Positions 30,301-39,219 are shown, counted from the first letter of the stretch. The stretch: 64,000 bases of DNA from an uncultured Bacteroides sp. (GCA_964651035.1 CAZYVE010000001.1:24059-88058); one strand, 5' to 3'. Program-made: numbers and translations. Notes: generated by a model from the sequence alone, not told the origin.

Positions 30301-31306
30301 CGAAATAAGTCCACTGGTACGGATAATAATTTACTCCGCCGAAATATGAGCCTATCCACATGCCATCTTCCTCATCGCGGCATAATGAATATATGGCATT
30401 GTCCGATAGGGCATATACATCATCCTGTTCCGGTGCAGACAAATGTATCTGTCTGCCTGTAGAGAGATTGCAGATGTAAAGTCCAGTCTCAGTACCGGCC
30501 CATAACTCGTCGTCTGATTTGAACCTGACAGCCCGTACATAGGCATCAAGCAGGCGGCGTGTCTTACGTGTGGTGAAGTTTATTTCTGTAAGGCCCGCAT
30601 TCGAAGCGACATATATACAATTGTTCACCCCCGGTGTCTCCCCGTTTATTACGTCTCCCTTGAATACATCGCGGCCGTCGGCATCGACAAACGGGCGCAT
30701 AGGCGCGCTGAAGTCTTTAGGGACGGAATACAGATTGTCGCTATAAAGTGCCACCCAGCACGTATCCCCGCTAAGCCAGAAACAGCTTATGTTTGGCATG
30801 GAATGGCTGTACAGGCAATGCTGCAGTATGCCGCTGTCACGGCTGTAGCGGAACAGGCCCTGTTTTTCTACCGATATCCATATATCCTGACCGTCACCCG
30901 TTATATGAGTGACGTATTCCATGATGCGTGTATTACGATTGCTGAATATATCGAACGGGGTAAATGCATCCCTCAAAGGGTCGTACACAAATACCCCGCC
31001 GTCAGTGCCTACCCATATACACCCGGAGTCGTCCTCATAAAGTACCGTCACAAAATTCTTTCCCAACCCGGAGTTCTCTTTATTATATACATGAAATGAC
31101 AGGCCGTCGTAACGGTTCAGGCCTTCCTTAGTGCCGAACCACATAAAGCCTTTACGATCCTGTATAATCTGGTTAACGGTGTTCTGTGACAAACCGTCGC
31201 GCACGCTTAAAGATTTGAAGTAATATTGTACCGGTCTTGTGGCATGCAGCGGGGCAATCATCCAGAGAAGCAGGCCGAGCAGGAAATATATCATGACAGA
31301 CTTCAT
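27341..31306 (-). CDS. hybrid two-component system sensor kinase/response regulator with AraC-type output (HTCS)
   Basis: 1321 aa. Signal/TM, periplasmic beta-propeller plus Y_Y_Y region, TM YVVYVSFALLILFAFIRYF, H-box FFTNVAHEIRTPLTLI, HATPase GTGIGLALA, receiver IMVVEDNEEMRGF...DIMMPQMDG, and C-terminal HTH YFAKCFREQFGKLPKEF. Confidence 0.95.
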   Translation of the reverse strand: MKSVMIYFLLGLLLWMIAPLHATRPVQYYFKSLSVRDGLSQNTVNQIIQDRKGFMWFGTKEGLNRYDGLSFHVYNKENSGLGKNFVTVLYEDDSGCIWVGTDGGVFVYDPLRDAFTPFDIFSNRNTRIMEYVTHITGDGQDIWISVEKQGLFRYSRDSGILQHCLYSHSMPNISCFWLSGDTCWVALYSDNLYSVPKDFSAPMRPFVDADGRDVFKGDVINGETPGVNNCIYVASNAGLTEINFTTRKTRRLLDAYVRAVRFKSDDELWAGTETGLYICNLSTGRQIHLSAPEQDDVYALSDNAIYSLCRDEEDGMWIGSYFGGVNYYPYQWTYFEKVYPRDNLRYFGRRVREICEGNDGTLWIGTEDKGLFNYNPVSGVITPFRDPAIYRNVHGLCLDGDQMWVGTFSGGLNRLDLRTRRVRHYSRGEADNELPANDAFAVYRTTTGRILIGTTYGLVEYNRATDDFRRIPQMKNMFIYDIMEDFNGNLWFATYSNGVFCCEVKSGRWKNYLYSEGDSASLPSNRIIGIYEDSRKRLWFMTLGEGFCRYDASSDGFIRYGLTDGFPNTVYKMVEDTHGYLWLTSNAGLFCFSPQEGVKHVYTTANGLLSSQFNFQSGYCAGDGRIYLGSINGLIIFDPETFVPNDYMPPVVITDFYLLNKRVDVSESGGSPLKQNIVYSDYIELDAKQNSFSFRCAALSYQAPEMNTLECKLEGFDHDWYRVGNSSRINYSNLPYGNYTLRIRGANSDGMFNPKERLLQVYIRPPFYLSMWAYVVYVSFALLILFAFIRYFRNRTLLRQRLAMDKFEQEKERELYTAKIDFFTNVAHEIRTPLTLIKSPLENVLASKEVTGDIRGDLETMELNTNRLLDLVNQLLDFRKTESKGFSLNFIECDVTDILRNAYKRFSPLARQKKLDFTVDMPEHLHAAVDKEGLTKIISNLFTNAIKYSASFIRVCLSGEEENIILSVSNDGPVVPPNMREEIFKPFVQYKDGIQYTTTGTGIGLALARSLAELHGGTLTMDNSADCNCFILDLPLQHVQTLKTACEKEPRLSAGQERVQEGMVPARAVPRYTIMVVEDNEEMRGFVARQFSADYNVLTAANGTEALKLLETHTAHLLISDIMMPQMDGLELCRRLKSDIAYSHIPIVLLTAKTTLGSKIEGIKQGADAYVEKPFSVEYLKACVSNLLDNREKMRKSIAHSPFLEVNSMAMSKADENFLKALHKVVVANMQNPDFTLDNIAQSLHMSRSNLNRKIKELLDMTPNDYVRLERLKQAAQLLRSGEYKVNEVCYMTGFNTPSYFAKCFREQFGKLPKEFIGKGE

Positions 31307-31350
31307 AACCAGGCTCTTTTATGATGCATATAGGCAGGAACCGGTTAGGG

Positions 31351-33168
31351 TTACTCACCCAGCGAATTGCAGATGCGGCTGTTTATGTCGCGGACACGCT
31401 TCTCGTCCAGCTTTATGACCTTGCGGTCGTAGGTAAGCAGGCCGTTTACTTCCCCTTCCACATCCGTAGTCTGGGTATACACACCTGCCGAGAATCCGCG
31501 CTTTATCAGCCCGTACAGCATTTCGGCATACTTGACATACTCATCCGTAGCTTCTTCTGACGAATTGAACTGTACGTATCCCCAGTTACGGTCTGTCAGC
31601 CACAGGTGGTCTTTCATCACAAGACCGATACCTCCGAATTCACCCAACACCGTGGCACGCTGTGCATCATACAGATACAGCTCCGGAGCAGGATAATTGT
31701 GCAAGTCCAGGATATCGCCGCAAGTATAATGGTTGCCGCCGCTTGCAGGATTCACAAGGCGCGTGGGGTCGTACTGTTTGGTCCATTCGGTAATCTCCGT
31801 AGTCTTGAACTGTCCCCATGCCTCATTGAATGGAACCCACGTACCTATGCACGGATAAGAATAAAGACAGTCGATTATCTCCTTCCATTCCTTACGGTAA
31901 TTGGCTTCCGACACGGTACTTCGCTTCACCTCCGTACCGTTGAAATAGTTGCGGCTCTGCCATTCCGGCCCACGGTCTCCGCTTGGCATATCCTGCCATA
32001 CGATGATGCCCAAGCGGTCGCAATGCATGTACCAACGAGCCGGCTCCACCTTTATATGTTTACGTATCATATTGAAGCCGAAGTCTTTAGTCTTTTGCAC
32101 ATCGTATTTCAAAGCCTCGTCCGTGGGTGCGGTATAAAGTCCGTCAGGCCACCATCCCTGGTCGAGCGGACCGTATTGGAACAGCGGTTCGTTGTTGAGC
32201 AGCAGCCTTACTATGCCGTCCTTATCCCGTCCGGTGGAAAACTTGCGCATGGCAGCATAGCTGTCCACGGCATCGCATGTTTTGTTGCCGTCTTTCAGAC
32301 TTACTTTCAGGTCATATAAGAAAGGAGAATCGGGGCTCCAGAGCTTTGCATCTGCCGGCATGCGCACTTCTACAGCCTCCCCGTTGATGCTCTTGCCCGA
32401 AGCGACCAGCACTCCGCCGTCGTACACCTCCACTTCGGTAACGCCGGAAGGCGAGCACGTATTGGTGGCAGCTTCAACCGTCAGCAGGTGGCGGTCGATA
32501 TCAGGAGTTATGCGCAGGCCGGTAATGTAATGTTCGGGAACCGGCTCCAGCCATACAGTCTGCCAGATGCCGCTCACCGGAGTGTACCATATCCCGTCCG
32601 GATTGCTCACCTGCTTGCCACGCGGCTGGTAGCTTCTGTCCGTAGGGTCCCAGACACGCACAGTGAGCGTATTCCCGCCTTTTGCCAGCAGAGCATCGGT
32701 AATATCGAAAGAAAAAGGTGTGAAACCGCCTGTATGGCTGCCTACCTTTATATCGTTCACATAGACTTCCGCCTTCCAGTCCACCGCGCCGAAGTGCAGC
32801 AACACCCGCTTGCCCTTCCAGGCTGACGGCACGTCGAAGCTACGCCGGTACACCAGTTCAGACCGTTCGCCAAGCCTCTTCCCCACACCAGACAAAGAAG
32901 ACTCTATGGCAAAAGGTACGAGGATTTCGCCTTCAAAGCTCGCGGGCATGGCAGCATCCTTGTCTATGACTGCATACTGCCACAGTCCGTTCAGGTTTTT
33001 CCACTCTCCGCGTTCCATTATAGGACGGGGATATTCAGGCAAAACATTGGACGGGTCTATCTGCCCGGCCCATTCCGTCTTAATACGCTCGCCCGCCGGT
33101 TTCCATTGGGCATGGCTGCCACCTGCAAAGAGTGCAAGAAGCAACGAGAAAGATACAATACGTTTCAT
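31351..33168 (-). CDS. glycoside hydrolase family 2 protein (secreted)
   Basis: 605 aa. Signal peptide MKRIVSFSLLLALFAGGSHA, sugar-binding domain WKGKRVLLHFGAVDW, and TIM-barrel acid/base region WVPFNEAWG. Confidence 0.88.
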   Translation of the reverse strand: MKRIVSFSLLLALFAGGSHAQWKPAGERIKTEWAGQIDPSNVLPEYPRPIMERGEWKNLNGLWQYAVIDKDAAMPASFEGEILVPFAIESSLSGVGKRLGERSELVYRRSFDVPSAWKGKRVLLHFGAVDWKAEVYVNDIKVGSHTGGFTPFSFDITDALLAKGGNTLTVRVWDPTDRSYQPRGKQVSNPDGIWYTPVSGIWQTVWLEPVPEHYITGLRITPDIDRHLLTVEAATNTCSPSGVTEVEVYDGGVLVASGKSINGEAVEVRMPADAKLWSPDSPFLYDLKVSLKDGNKTCDAVDSYAAMRKFSTGRDKDGIVRLLLNNEPLFQYGPLDQGWWPDGLYTAPTDEALKYDVQKTKDFGFNMIRKHIKVEPARWYMHCDRLGIIVWQDMPSGDRGPEWQSRNYFNGTEVKRSTVSEANYRKEWKEIIDCLYSYPCIGTWVPFNEAWGQFKTTEITEWTKQYDPTRLVNPASGGNHYTCGDILDLHNYPAPELYLYDAQRATVLGEFGGIGLVMKDHLWLTDRNWGYVQFNSSEEATDEYVKYAEMLYGLIKRGFSAGVYTQTTDVEGEVNGLLTYDRKVIKLDEKRVRDINSRICNSLGE

Positions 33169-33225
33169 ACGTGTTTTTAATTATTATTTATTTAAAACCT
33201 CGAAGCCATGAAGGCTTTATGCTAA

Positions 33226-33233
33226 CAAAGATA
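33226..33233 (-). promoter_or_regulatory. -7 promoter box TATCTTTG for the GH2-HTCS unit
   Basis: Plus strand reads CAAAGATA, 58 nt upstream of the ATG at 33168. Confidence 0.45.
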
Positions 33234-33381
33234 AGGTTTTTATAATGCAGGCCATAGAAAAATATGACCAATAAATAGAAATATATCACCAAAGCAATAC
33301 ATGGCGGAAAAATCCTACTTGCCAAATGATTAGGGCAATATACAGAAGACGTACCTGCAACCCGTCGCCCGCCTGCTTGCG

Positions 33382-33409
33382 ACATATTGCAAGGATGACT
33401 GCAATATGT
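33382..33409. repeat. perfect 10-bp inverted repeat ACATATTGCA-N8-TGCAATATGT
   Basis: Read directly. It lies in the long GH2/mnmG spacer. Confidence 0.9.
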
Positions 33410-33610
33410 ATAAAGGAGAAGCTTCGGCGGAATGAAAATAAACAGAGGAAGCACGCAACGTGCCGACAATCCTGCTATCCTGACACGGAAAGCGAAGAAA
33501 TCCCGGAGTAATATTTTGAAAGCATAAAGCAGAGATATCAGATATTTAACACGACAAAAAGCAAAAATCAGCATAAAGAAGTGTACAAAAAGCGACAAAA
33601 TAGTAGCAAT

Positions 33611-33647
33611 AGGCTTACACCCCGTTTCGGGCAAAAGCCTTTTCCTT
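33611..33647 (+). terminator. terminator-like nested hairpin AGGCTT..CCCG-TTT-CGGG..AAGCCT followed by TTTCCTT
   Basis: The stems were read directly and no upstream plus-strand gene exists. It may mark the 3' end of an unannotated transcript. Confidence 0.35.
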
Positions 33648-33776
33648 GCGATTTTCCCAAGCTCCCGGCCGCTTGTACAGAAAAACCGACGGCAAAAGCC
33701 GTCAGGAATACCTATAACCTCTGAATTTTAGACATTATCATGCCATAAACATGGCAACGGACTCACTCCTTTTTAT

Positions 33777-33784
33777 TACCTTTG
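33777..33784 (+). promoter_or_regulatory. -7 promoter box TACCTTTG for mnmG
   Basis: Matches TAnnTTTG, 29 nt upstream of the ATG at 33813. Confidence 0.5.
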
Positions 33785-33812
33785 CATATCGTAAGACAGA
33801 AACATTACAAGG

Positions 33813-35687
33813 ATGGTATTCAAGTATGATGTCATAGTAATCGGAGCAGGACACGCCGGATGTGAGGCTGCCGTTGCCGCCGCACGCTTAGGTTCGCAGA
33901 CTTGCCTCATCACGATAGACATGAACAAGATAGCGCAAATGAGCTGCAACCCGGCCGTAGGCGGAATAGCCAAAGGACAGATTGTACGCGAAATCGACGC
34001 CTTAGGCGGACAGATGGGTATTGTAACCGACAAGACCACTATTCAGTTCCGGCTGCTCAACCGCTCGAAAGGACCTGCCATGTGGAGCCCGCGTGCCCAA
34101 TGCGACCGCAATAAGTTCATCTGGGTATGGCGCGATATACTGGAGAATACGCCAAACTTGCACATCTGGCAGGATACCGTGCGCCGCATCCTCGTGGAAA
34201 ACGATGAGATACAAGGCGTAGAGACTGTATGGGGAGCCATATTCAAGGCCAAATGCGTGATACTCACGGCAGGAACATTCCTCAACGGGCTGATGCACAT
34301 AGGGAGGGTCAAAGTTCCAGGAGGGCGCATAGCAGAACCGGCATCATACGAACTCACGGAATCTATCGCCGCACACGGCATTGAATATGGACGCATGAAA
34401 ACCGGTACACCCGTGCGCATAGACGGACGCAGCGTCCATTATGAAGATATGGAGTTACAGGCAGGCGAATGTGACTTCCACAAGTTTTCATTTCTCGACA
34501 AACCGATACGCAACCTGCGACGCTTGTCTTGCTGGACATGCTTCACCAATGAAGCGGTACACGAAATCTTGCAACGCGGACTGCCTGACTCACCGCTCTA
34601 CAACGGGCAGATACAAAGCATAGGTCCGCGCTACTGCCCAAGCATAGAAACCAAAATTGTGACGTTCCCGGACAAGACGCAACACCAGCTTTTCCTCGAG
34701 CCGGAAGGGGAAACCACGCAGGAACTTTACCTCAACGGCTTTTCATCATCGCTACCAATGGACATACAGATAGCTGCGTTGAAGCAGATTCCGGCTTTCC
34801 GCGACCTGGTGATATACCGTCCGGGGTATGCCATAGAGTATGATTTCTTCGACCCCACACAGCTTAAACACACACTGGAAACAAAACGTATAAGAAACTT
34901 CTTCTTGGCCGGGCAAGTAAACGGGACTACCGGTTACGAGGAAGCAGCAGGACAGGGACTGATAGCCGGCATAAACGCACACATTAATTGCCACGGCGGG
35001 AAACCGTTCACATTGGGACGGGACGAGGCATACATCGGCGTGCTTATAGACGACCTTGTGACAAAAGGAGTGGACGAACCTTACAGGATGTTTACCTCAC
35101 GTGCAGAATATCGCATATTGCTGCGCATGGACGATGCCGACATGCGCCTCACTCCCAAAGCCTGGCAGCTGGGACTCGCTTCCGCCGAACGCCATGAGTT
35201 GCTGGAGAAGAAGAAGGAAGCTATAGAACGTATTCTACACTTTGTGCGGACATATTCCATAAAACCCGACCTCATCAACAATGCACTCGAAAACATGGGT
35301 ACTACCCCACTCCGCCAAGGCTGCAAACTGGCCGACCTCATAAACCGGCCTCAAATCACCATTACTGCAATGGCCGGACATGTACCTGCCCTCAAAGAGG
35401 AATTGGACAAAATCACAGAGCGCAGGGAAGAGATTATAGAGGCAGCCGAAATCCTCATCAAATATGAGGGATATATAAGACGAGAACGTATAATTGCCGA
35501 TAAGCTGTCACGGCTGGAAGCTATAAAGATAAAAGACAGATTTGACTACAACAATCTGCAGTCATTATCAACCGAAGCAAGACAGAAGTTGACAAAGATA
35601 AACCCTGAAACTATAGCACAAGCCAGCCGTATACCCGGAGTTTCTCCCAGCGACGTAAACGTGTTACTGGTACTTTGCGGACGATAA
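33813..35687 (+). CDS. mnmG: tRNA uridine 5-carboxymethylaminomethyl modification enzyme MnmG (GidA)
   Basis: 624 aa. YDVIVIGAGHAGCEAA FAD motif and GPRYCPSIE. Confidence 0.97.
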   Translation: MVFKYDVIVIGAGHAGCEAAVAAARLGSQTCLITIDMNKIAQMSCNPAVGGIAKGQIVREIDALGGQMGIVTDKTTIQFRLLNRSKGPAMWSPRAQCDRNKFIWVWRDILENTPNLHIWQDTVRRILVENDEIQGVETVWGAIFKAKCVILTAGTFLNGLMHIGRVKVPGGRIAEPASYELTESIAAHGIEYGRMKTGTPVRIDGRSVHYEDMELQAGECDFHKFSFLDKPIRNLRRLSCWTCFTNEAVHEILQRGLPDSPLYNGQIQSIGPRYCPSIETKIVTFPDKTQHQLFLEPEGETTQELYLNGFSSSLPMDIQIAALKQIPAFRDLVIYRPGYAIEYDFFDPTQLKHTLETKRIRNFFLAGQVNGTTGYEEAAGQGLIAGINAHINCHGGKPFTLGRDEAYIGVLIDDLVTKGVDEPYRMFTSRAEYRILLRMDDADMRLTPKAWQLGLASAERHELLEKKKEAIERILHFVRTYSIKPDLINNALENMGTTPLRQGCKLADLINRPQITITAMAGHVPALKEELDKITERREEIIEAAEILIKYEGYIRRERIIADKLSRLEAIKIKDRFDYNNLQSLSTEARQKLTKINPETIAQASRIPGVSPSDVNVLLVLCGR

Positions 35688-35744
35688 GCTTTCTGCGTTC
35701 CACGTGAAACAAATACTTTAACGAACAAGATAAAAGAACTGATT

Positions 35745-36269
35745 ATGAGCAAAGAAACACTCACGAAAAGCATTCGGGGAATACCCGATTTCCCCATTCC
35801 TGGAATACTGTTCTACGACATTACCACTCTGTTCAAAAAGCCTAAAGCGTTGCAAGAGTTATCGGACATCTTATACGAGATGTATAAAGAAAAGGGCATC
35901 ACAAAAGTGATAGGCATAGAATCGCGCGGATTCATCATGGGGCCTATATTGGCAACAAGACTTGGAGCCGGATTCGTTCCCATAAGGAAACCCGGGAAAC
36001 TGCCAGCCGAAACAATAGAGGAAACTTATGAGAAAGAATATGGGAAAGACACAATACAGATTCACAAAGACGCTATTGACGAGGATGACATAGTTCTGCT
36101 GCACGACGATCTGCTTGCTACAGGCGGAACCATGCATGCTGCCTGCAAACTGGCAAAGAAGATGAATCCGCAAAAGATTTACGTAAACTTCATCATAGAG
36201 CTGAAAGATTTGCATGGCAGGAACATATTCGACAATGACGTGGAGGTAGAATCCGTCTTGACAATGTAA
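35745..36269 (+). CDS. apt: adenine phosphoribosyltransferase
   Basis: 174 aa. GIESRGF and the PRPP motif VLLHDDLLATGGT. Confidence 0.95.
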   Translation: MSKETLTKSIRGIPDFPIPGILFYDITTLFKKPKALQELSDILYEMYKEKGITKVIGIESRGFIMGPILATRLGAGFVPIRKPGKLPAETIEETYEKEYGKDTIQIHKDAIDEDDIVLLHDDLLATGGTMHAACKLAKKMNPQKIYVNFIIELKDLHGRNIFDNDVEVESVLTM

Positions 36270-36294
36270 TCATGACATACTAAAAACACCCTGC

Positions 36295-38124
36295 ATGGAA
36301 GAGTTTAAAGCCAACGAATATCTGCGCAACATCGTACACAATCTGCCAGAAAATCCGGGTATATACCAATACCTGAACAATGAAGGCACTATCATTTATG
36401 TAGGTAAAGCCAAAAACCTGAAACGCAGGGTATCATCATACTTCAACCGAGAACATGAGTCGGGCAAGACACGTATGCTGGTGAGCAAGATTGAAGACAT
36501 ACGCTACATCGTGGTTAAAACCGAGGAAGATGCATTACTGCTTGAAAACAATCTCATAAAAAAATATAAGCCACGCTACAACGTAATGCTGAAGGACGAC
36601 AAGACATATCCGTCCATTTGCGTGCGCAACGAGTGTTTTCCCCGCGTACAACGCACAAGACGGATAGTCAGAGACGGTTCATCCTACTACGGCCCATACA
36701 GCCATATACCAGCCATGTATGCACTGCTCGACCTTATAAAACACCTCTTCCCCTTGCGCACATGCAATTACAATCTGACACCGGAAAACATACGCGCGGG
36801 CAAGTTCAAAGTCTGTCTGGAATACCACATCAAAAAATGTGCGGCTCCATGCACCGGCATGCAGTCACAAGAAGACTATATGCGGAACATAGAGCAGATA
36901 AAGGAAATCTTAAAAGGAAATACCCAAAAGATAACGCAACAGCTATACGACCACATGCAGGGGCTGGCGTCAGAAATGCGTTTTGAAGAAGCCCAGAAAG
37001 TAAAGGAGAAGTATACGCTGATAGAGAATTACCGCGCCAAATCGGAGGTGGTGAACAACAAGCTGCACAATATCGATGTATTTTCCATAGAGGAAGACAG
37101 TGACGGGAACTCGGCCTACGTCAACTACCTGCACATTACCAATGGAGCAATAAACCAGGCTTTCACTTTCGAATACAAGAAACGCCTGAATGAAAAGAAG
37201 GAAGATCTGCTGGCACTGGGCATTGCTGAAATGAGGGAAAGATACAACAGCAAATCGAAGGAAATAATCGTTCCGTTCAATCCCGGCATAGAGCTGAAAG
37301 ATACAATATTCACTGTGCCGCAACGCGGAGACAAGAAAAAATTGCTTGACCTCTCAATACTCAACGTCAAACAGTACAAGGCAGACAGACTGAAACAGGC
37401 CGAAAAACTGAACCCAGACCAACGGGCCACACGGCTGCTGAAAGAAATACAGGAGATACTGCACATGGAACACTTGCCGGTACGCATAGAATGCTTTGAC
37501 AATTCAAACATACAGGGCTCTGACGCGGTGGCCGGATGCGTGGTTTTCATCAAAGGAAAGCCTTCAAAGAAGGATTATCGCAAATACAACATCAAAACAG
37601 TGGAAGGCCCCGACGACTATGCATCAATGCAGGAGGTAGTAAGAAGACGATATCAAAGGGCCATGGAAGAGAACTCTCCCCTACCCGACCTTATCATAAC
37701 CGACGGCGGTAAAGGCCAGATGAGTTCCGTGAAAGCAGTGCTGGACGAACTGGGAGCCGACATACCCGTAGCCGGACTGGCCAAAGACGGACGGCACCGC
37801 ACCTCCGAACTGCTATTCGGATTCCCGCCGCAATCCATAGGCATGAAACAAGGAACGCCTCTATTCCAACTGATGACGCGCATACAAGACGAGGTACACC
37901 GCTATGCCATTACATTCCACCGCGACAAACGCAGCAAGCGGCAGGTAGCCTCAGCATTGGACGAAATAAAAGGCATAGGCGAAAAGAGTAAGGCTGCACT
38001 GCTGAAAACCTTCAAAAGCGTAAAGCGCATACGCGAAGCCGAACTCGACGAGATAAGCGCAGTCGTTGGTGAGGCAAAGGCAAAAATCCTGAAAGCTGCC
38101 CTGAACGAAAAAAACAAAGAATGA
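36295..38124 (+). CDS. uvrC: excinuclease ABC subunit C
   Basis: 609 aa. GIY-YIG GIYQYLNNEGTIIYVGKAKNLKRRVSSYF, and a C-terminal (HhH)2 region IKGIGEKSKAALL. Confidence 0.97.
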   Translation: MEEFKANEYLRNIVHNLPENPGIYQYLNNEGTIIYVGKAKNLKRRVSSYFNREHESGKTRMLVSKIEDIRYIVVKTEEDALLLENNLIKKYKPRYNVMLKDDKTYPSICVRNECFPRVQRTRRIVRDGSSYYGPYSHIPAMYALLDLIKHLFPLRTCNYNLTPENIRAGKFKVCLEYHIKKCAAPCTGMQSQEDYMRNIEQIKEILKGNTQKITQQLYDHMQGLASEMRFEEAQKVKEKYTLIENYRAKSEVVNNKLHNIDVFSIEEDSDGNSAYVNYLHITNGAINQAFTFEYKKRLNEKKEDLLALGIAEMRERYNSKSKEIIVPFNPGIELKDTIFTVPQRGDKKKLLDLSILNVKQYKADRLKQAEKLNPDQRATRLLKEIQEILHMEHLPVRIECFDNSNIQGSDAVAGCVVFIKGKPSKKDYRKYNIKTVEGPDDYASMQEVVRRRYQRAMEENSPLPDLIITDGGKGQMSSVKAVLDELGADIPVAGLAKDGRHRTSELLFGFPPQSIGMKQGTPLFQLMTRIQDEVHRYAITFHRDKRSKRQVASALDEIKGIGEKSKAALLKTFKSVKRIREAELDEISAVVGEAKAKILKAALNEKNKE

Positions 38125-38168
38125 CGCAAAACCGGCATATCCTAAAACAGCAACACGTCATAACGGGG

Positions 38169-38203
38169 AGGGAAACATATCTTAGCAAGAAGGGAAACAT
38201 ATC
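38169..38203. repeat. 13-bp perfect direct repeat AGGGAAACATATC x2 with 22-bp period
   Basis: The copies are at 38169-38181 and 38191-38203, read directly. They lie in the uvrC/dtd spacer. Confidence 0.9.
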
Positions 38204-38378
38204 GTATGGCAGCCGGCAACAAGACTTACACGCAGCCGAACCGCTTACGTCATGACAGCGTTACGTCCCTCCGTATATCTTCCTAACTAACAGCACATTA
38301 CACAAACGGTCTCACGACAGCCGGAACCGATACGCGGGCCGCACCGGGATATCAGTCACACAAATTGAAAATTATTCA

Positions 38379-38386
38379 TATCTTTG
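38379..38386 (+). promoter_or_regulatory. -7 promoter box TATCTTTG for dtd-mazG-deoC
   Basis: Matches TAnnTTTG, 43 nt upstream of the ATG at 38429. The ORF-track ATG at 38384 lies inside the box, which supports the shorter dtd start. Confidence 0.5.
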
Positions 38387-38428
38387 CATCCGGCCAAATA
38401 CGAAGCCACAATCCTGAAAACTACAAAC

Positions 38429-38881
38429 ATGAGAGCAGTGATACAGCGCACAGCACGTGCATCAGTGACCATAGACGGCAAACTGAAAGCCTCCATCGGA
38501 CGAGGACTCCTCGTATTGGTAGGAATAGAAGAGAGCGACGGAAACGAGGATATCGAATGGCTATGCAAGAAGATAAGCCAACTGCGCATATTCGATGATG
38601 AGAATGGCGTGATGAACAAATCCGTAATCGACATAGACGGGGAGGTTCTCGTTGTGAGCCAATTCACCCTGCACGCCTCTACCAAAAAAGGAAACCGCCC
38701 ATCATACATTCGCGCAGCCCGCCCCGAAATAGCCATACCGCTCTACAACACGTTCTGTGAAACCATGACGGAAAAAACAGGCAAAGAAACAGCCACAGGG
38801 ATATTCGGGGCAGACATGAAAGTGGAGCTGCTGAACGACGGGCCTGTAACAATATGCATAGACACCAAAAACAAAGAATAA
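38429..38881 (+). CDS. dtd: D-aminoacyl-tRNA deacylase
   Basis: 150 aa from MRAVIQRTARASV. SQFTLHA and NDGPVT motifs. Confidence 0.93.
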   Translation: MRAVIQRTARASVTIDGKLKASIGRGLLVLVGIEESDGNEDIEWLCKKISQLRIFDDENGVMNKSVIDIDGEVLVVSQFTLHASTKKGNRPSYIRAARPEIAIPLYNTFCETMTEKTGKETATGIFGADMKVELLNDGPVTICIDTKNKE

Positions 38882-39219
38882 TGACCATAAAGGAAGCACA
38901 GCAACAGGTGGATTTCTGGATAAAGAAATACGGTGTACGATATTTCAGCGAACTGACCAATATGGCCGTACTCACCGAAGAAGTGGGCGAACTGGCCCGC
39001 GTCATCTCTCGCCGCTACGGCGACCAGTCGTTCAAACAGGGAGAGAAAGACAATATCGATGACGAAATAGCCGACGTATTTTGGGTCTTGCTCTGCATAG
39101 CCAACCAGACGGGCGTTGACCTGACCGAGGCTTTCGCAAAAAACCTGCAGAAAAAGACGTCAAGAGACCGGACAAGACATATCAATAACCCAAAACTTAC
39201 CCCACATGGAGAAGAATGA
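38881..39219 (+). CDS. MazG-like nucleotide pyrophosphohydrolase (small, single-domain)
   Basis: 112 aa from MTIKEAQQQV. EEVGELAR and DEIADVFWVL metal-binding motifs. Its ATG shares the final A of the dtd stop (TAATG). Confidence 0.85.
   Translation: MTIKEAQQQVDFWIKKYGVRYFSELTNMAVLTEEVGELARVISRRYGDQSFKQGEKDNIDDEIADVFWVLLCIANQTGVDLTEAFAKNLQKKTSRDRTRHINNPKLTPHGEE

Noticed and set aside
33188-33634. 148-aa minus-strand ORF (and the 61-aa plus-strand ORF 33326-33511) in the GH2/mnmG spacer
   Set aside because: The F/L/I-rich, or K/R-rich, composition mirrors the A/T strand skew. No promoter box lies in front and no domain is recognisable. It would also run over the GH2 -7 box.
33169-33812. Possible replication origin next to mnmG (gidA), given divergent gene orientation and an AT-rich stretch at 33170-33200
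   Set aside because: I found no cluster of DnaA boxes; the best matches to TTATCCACA are 6/9. No dnaA or dnaN lies nearby, and a similar strand switch occurs at 14.5-15.0 kb. A GC-skew calculation on the whole replicon would settle it.
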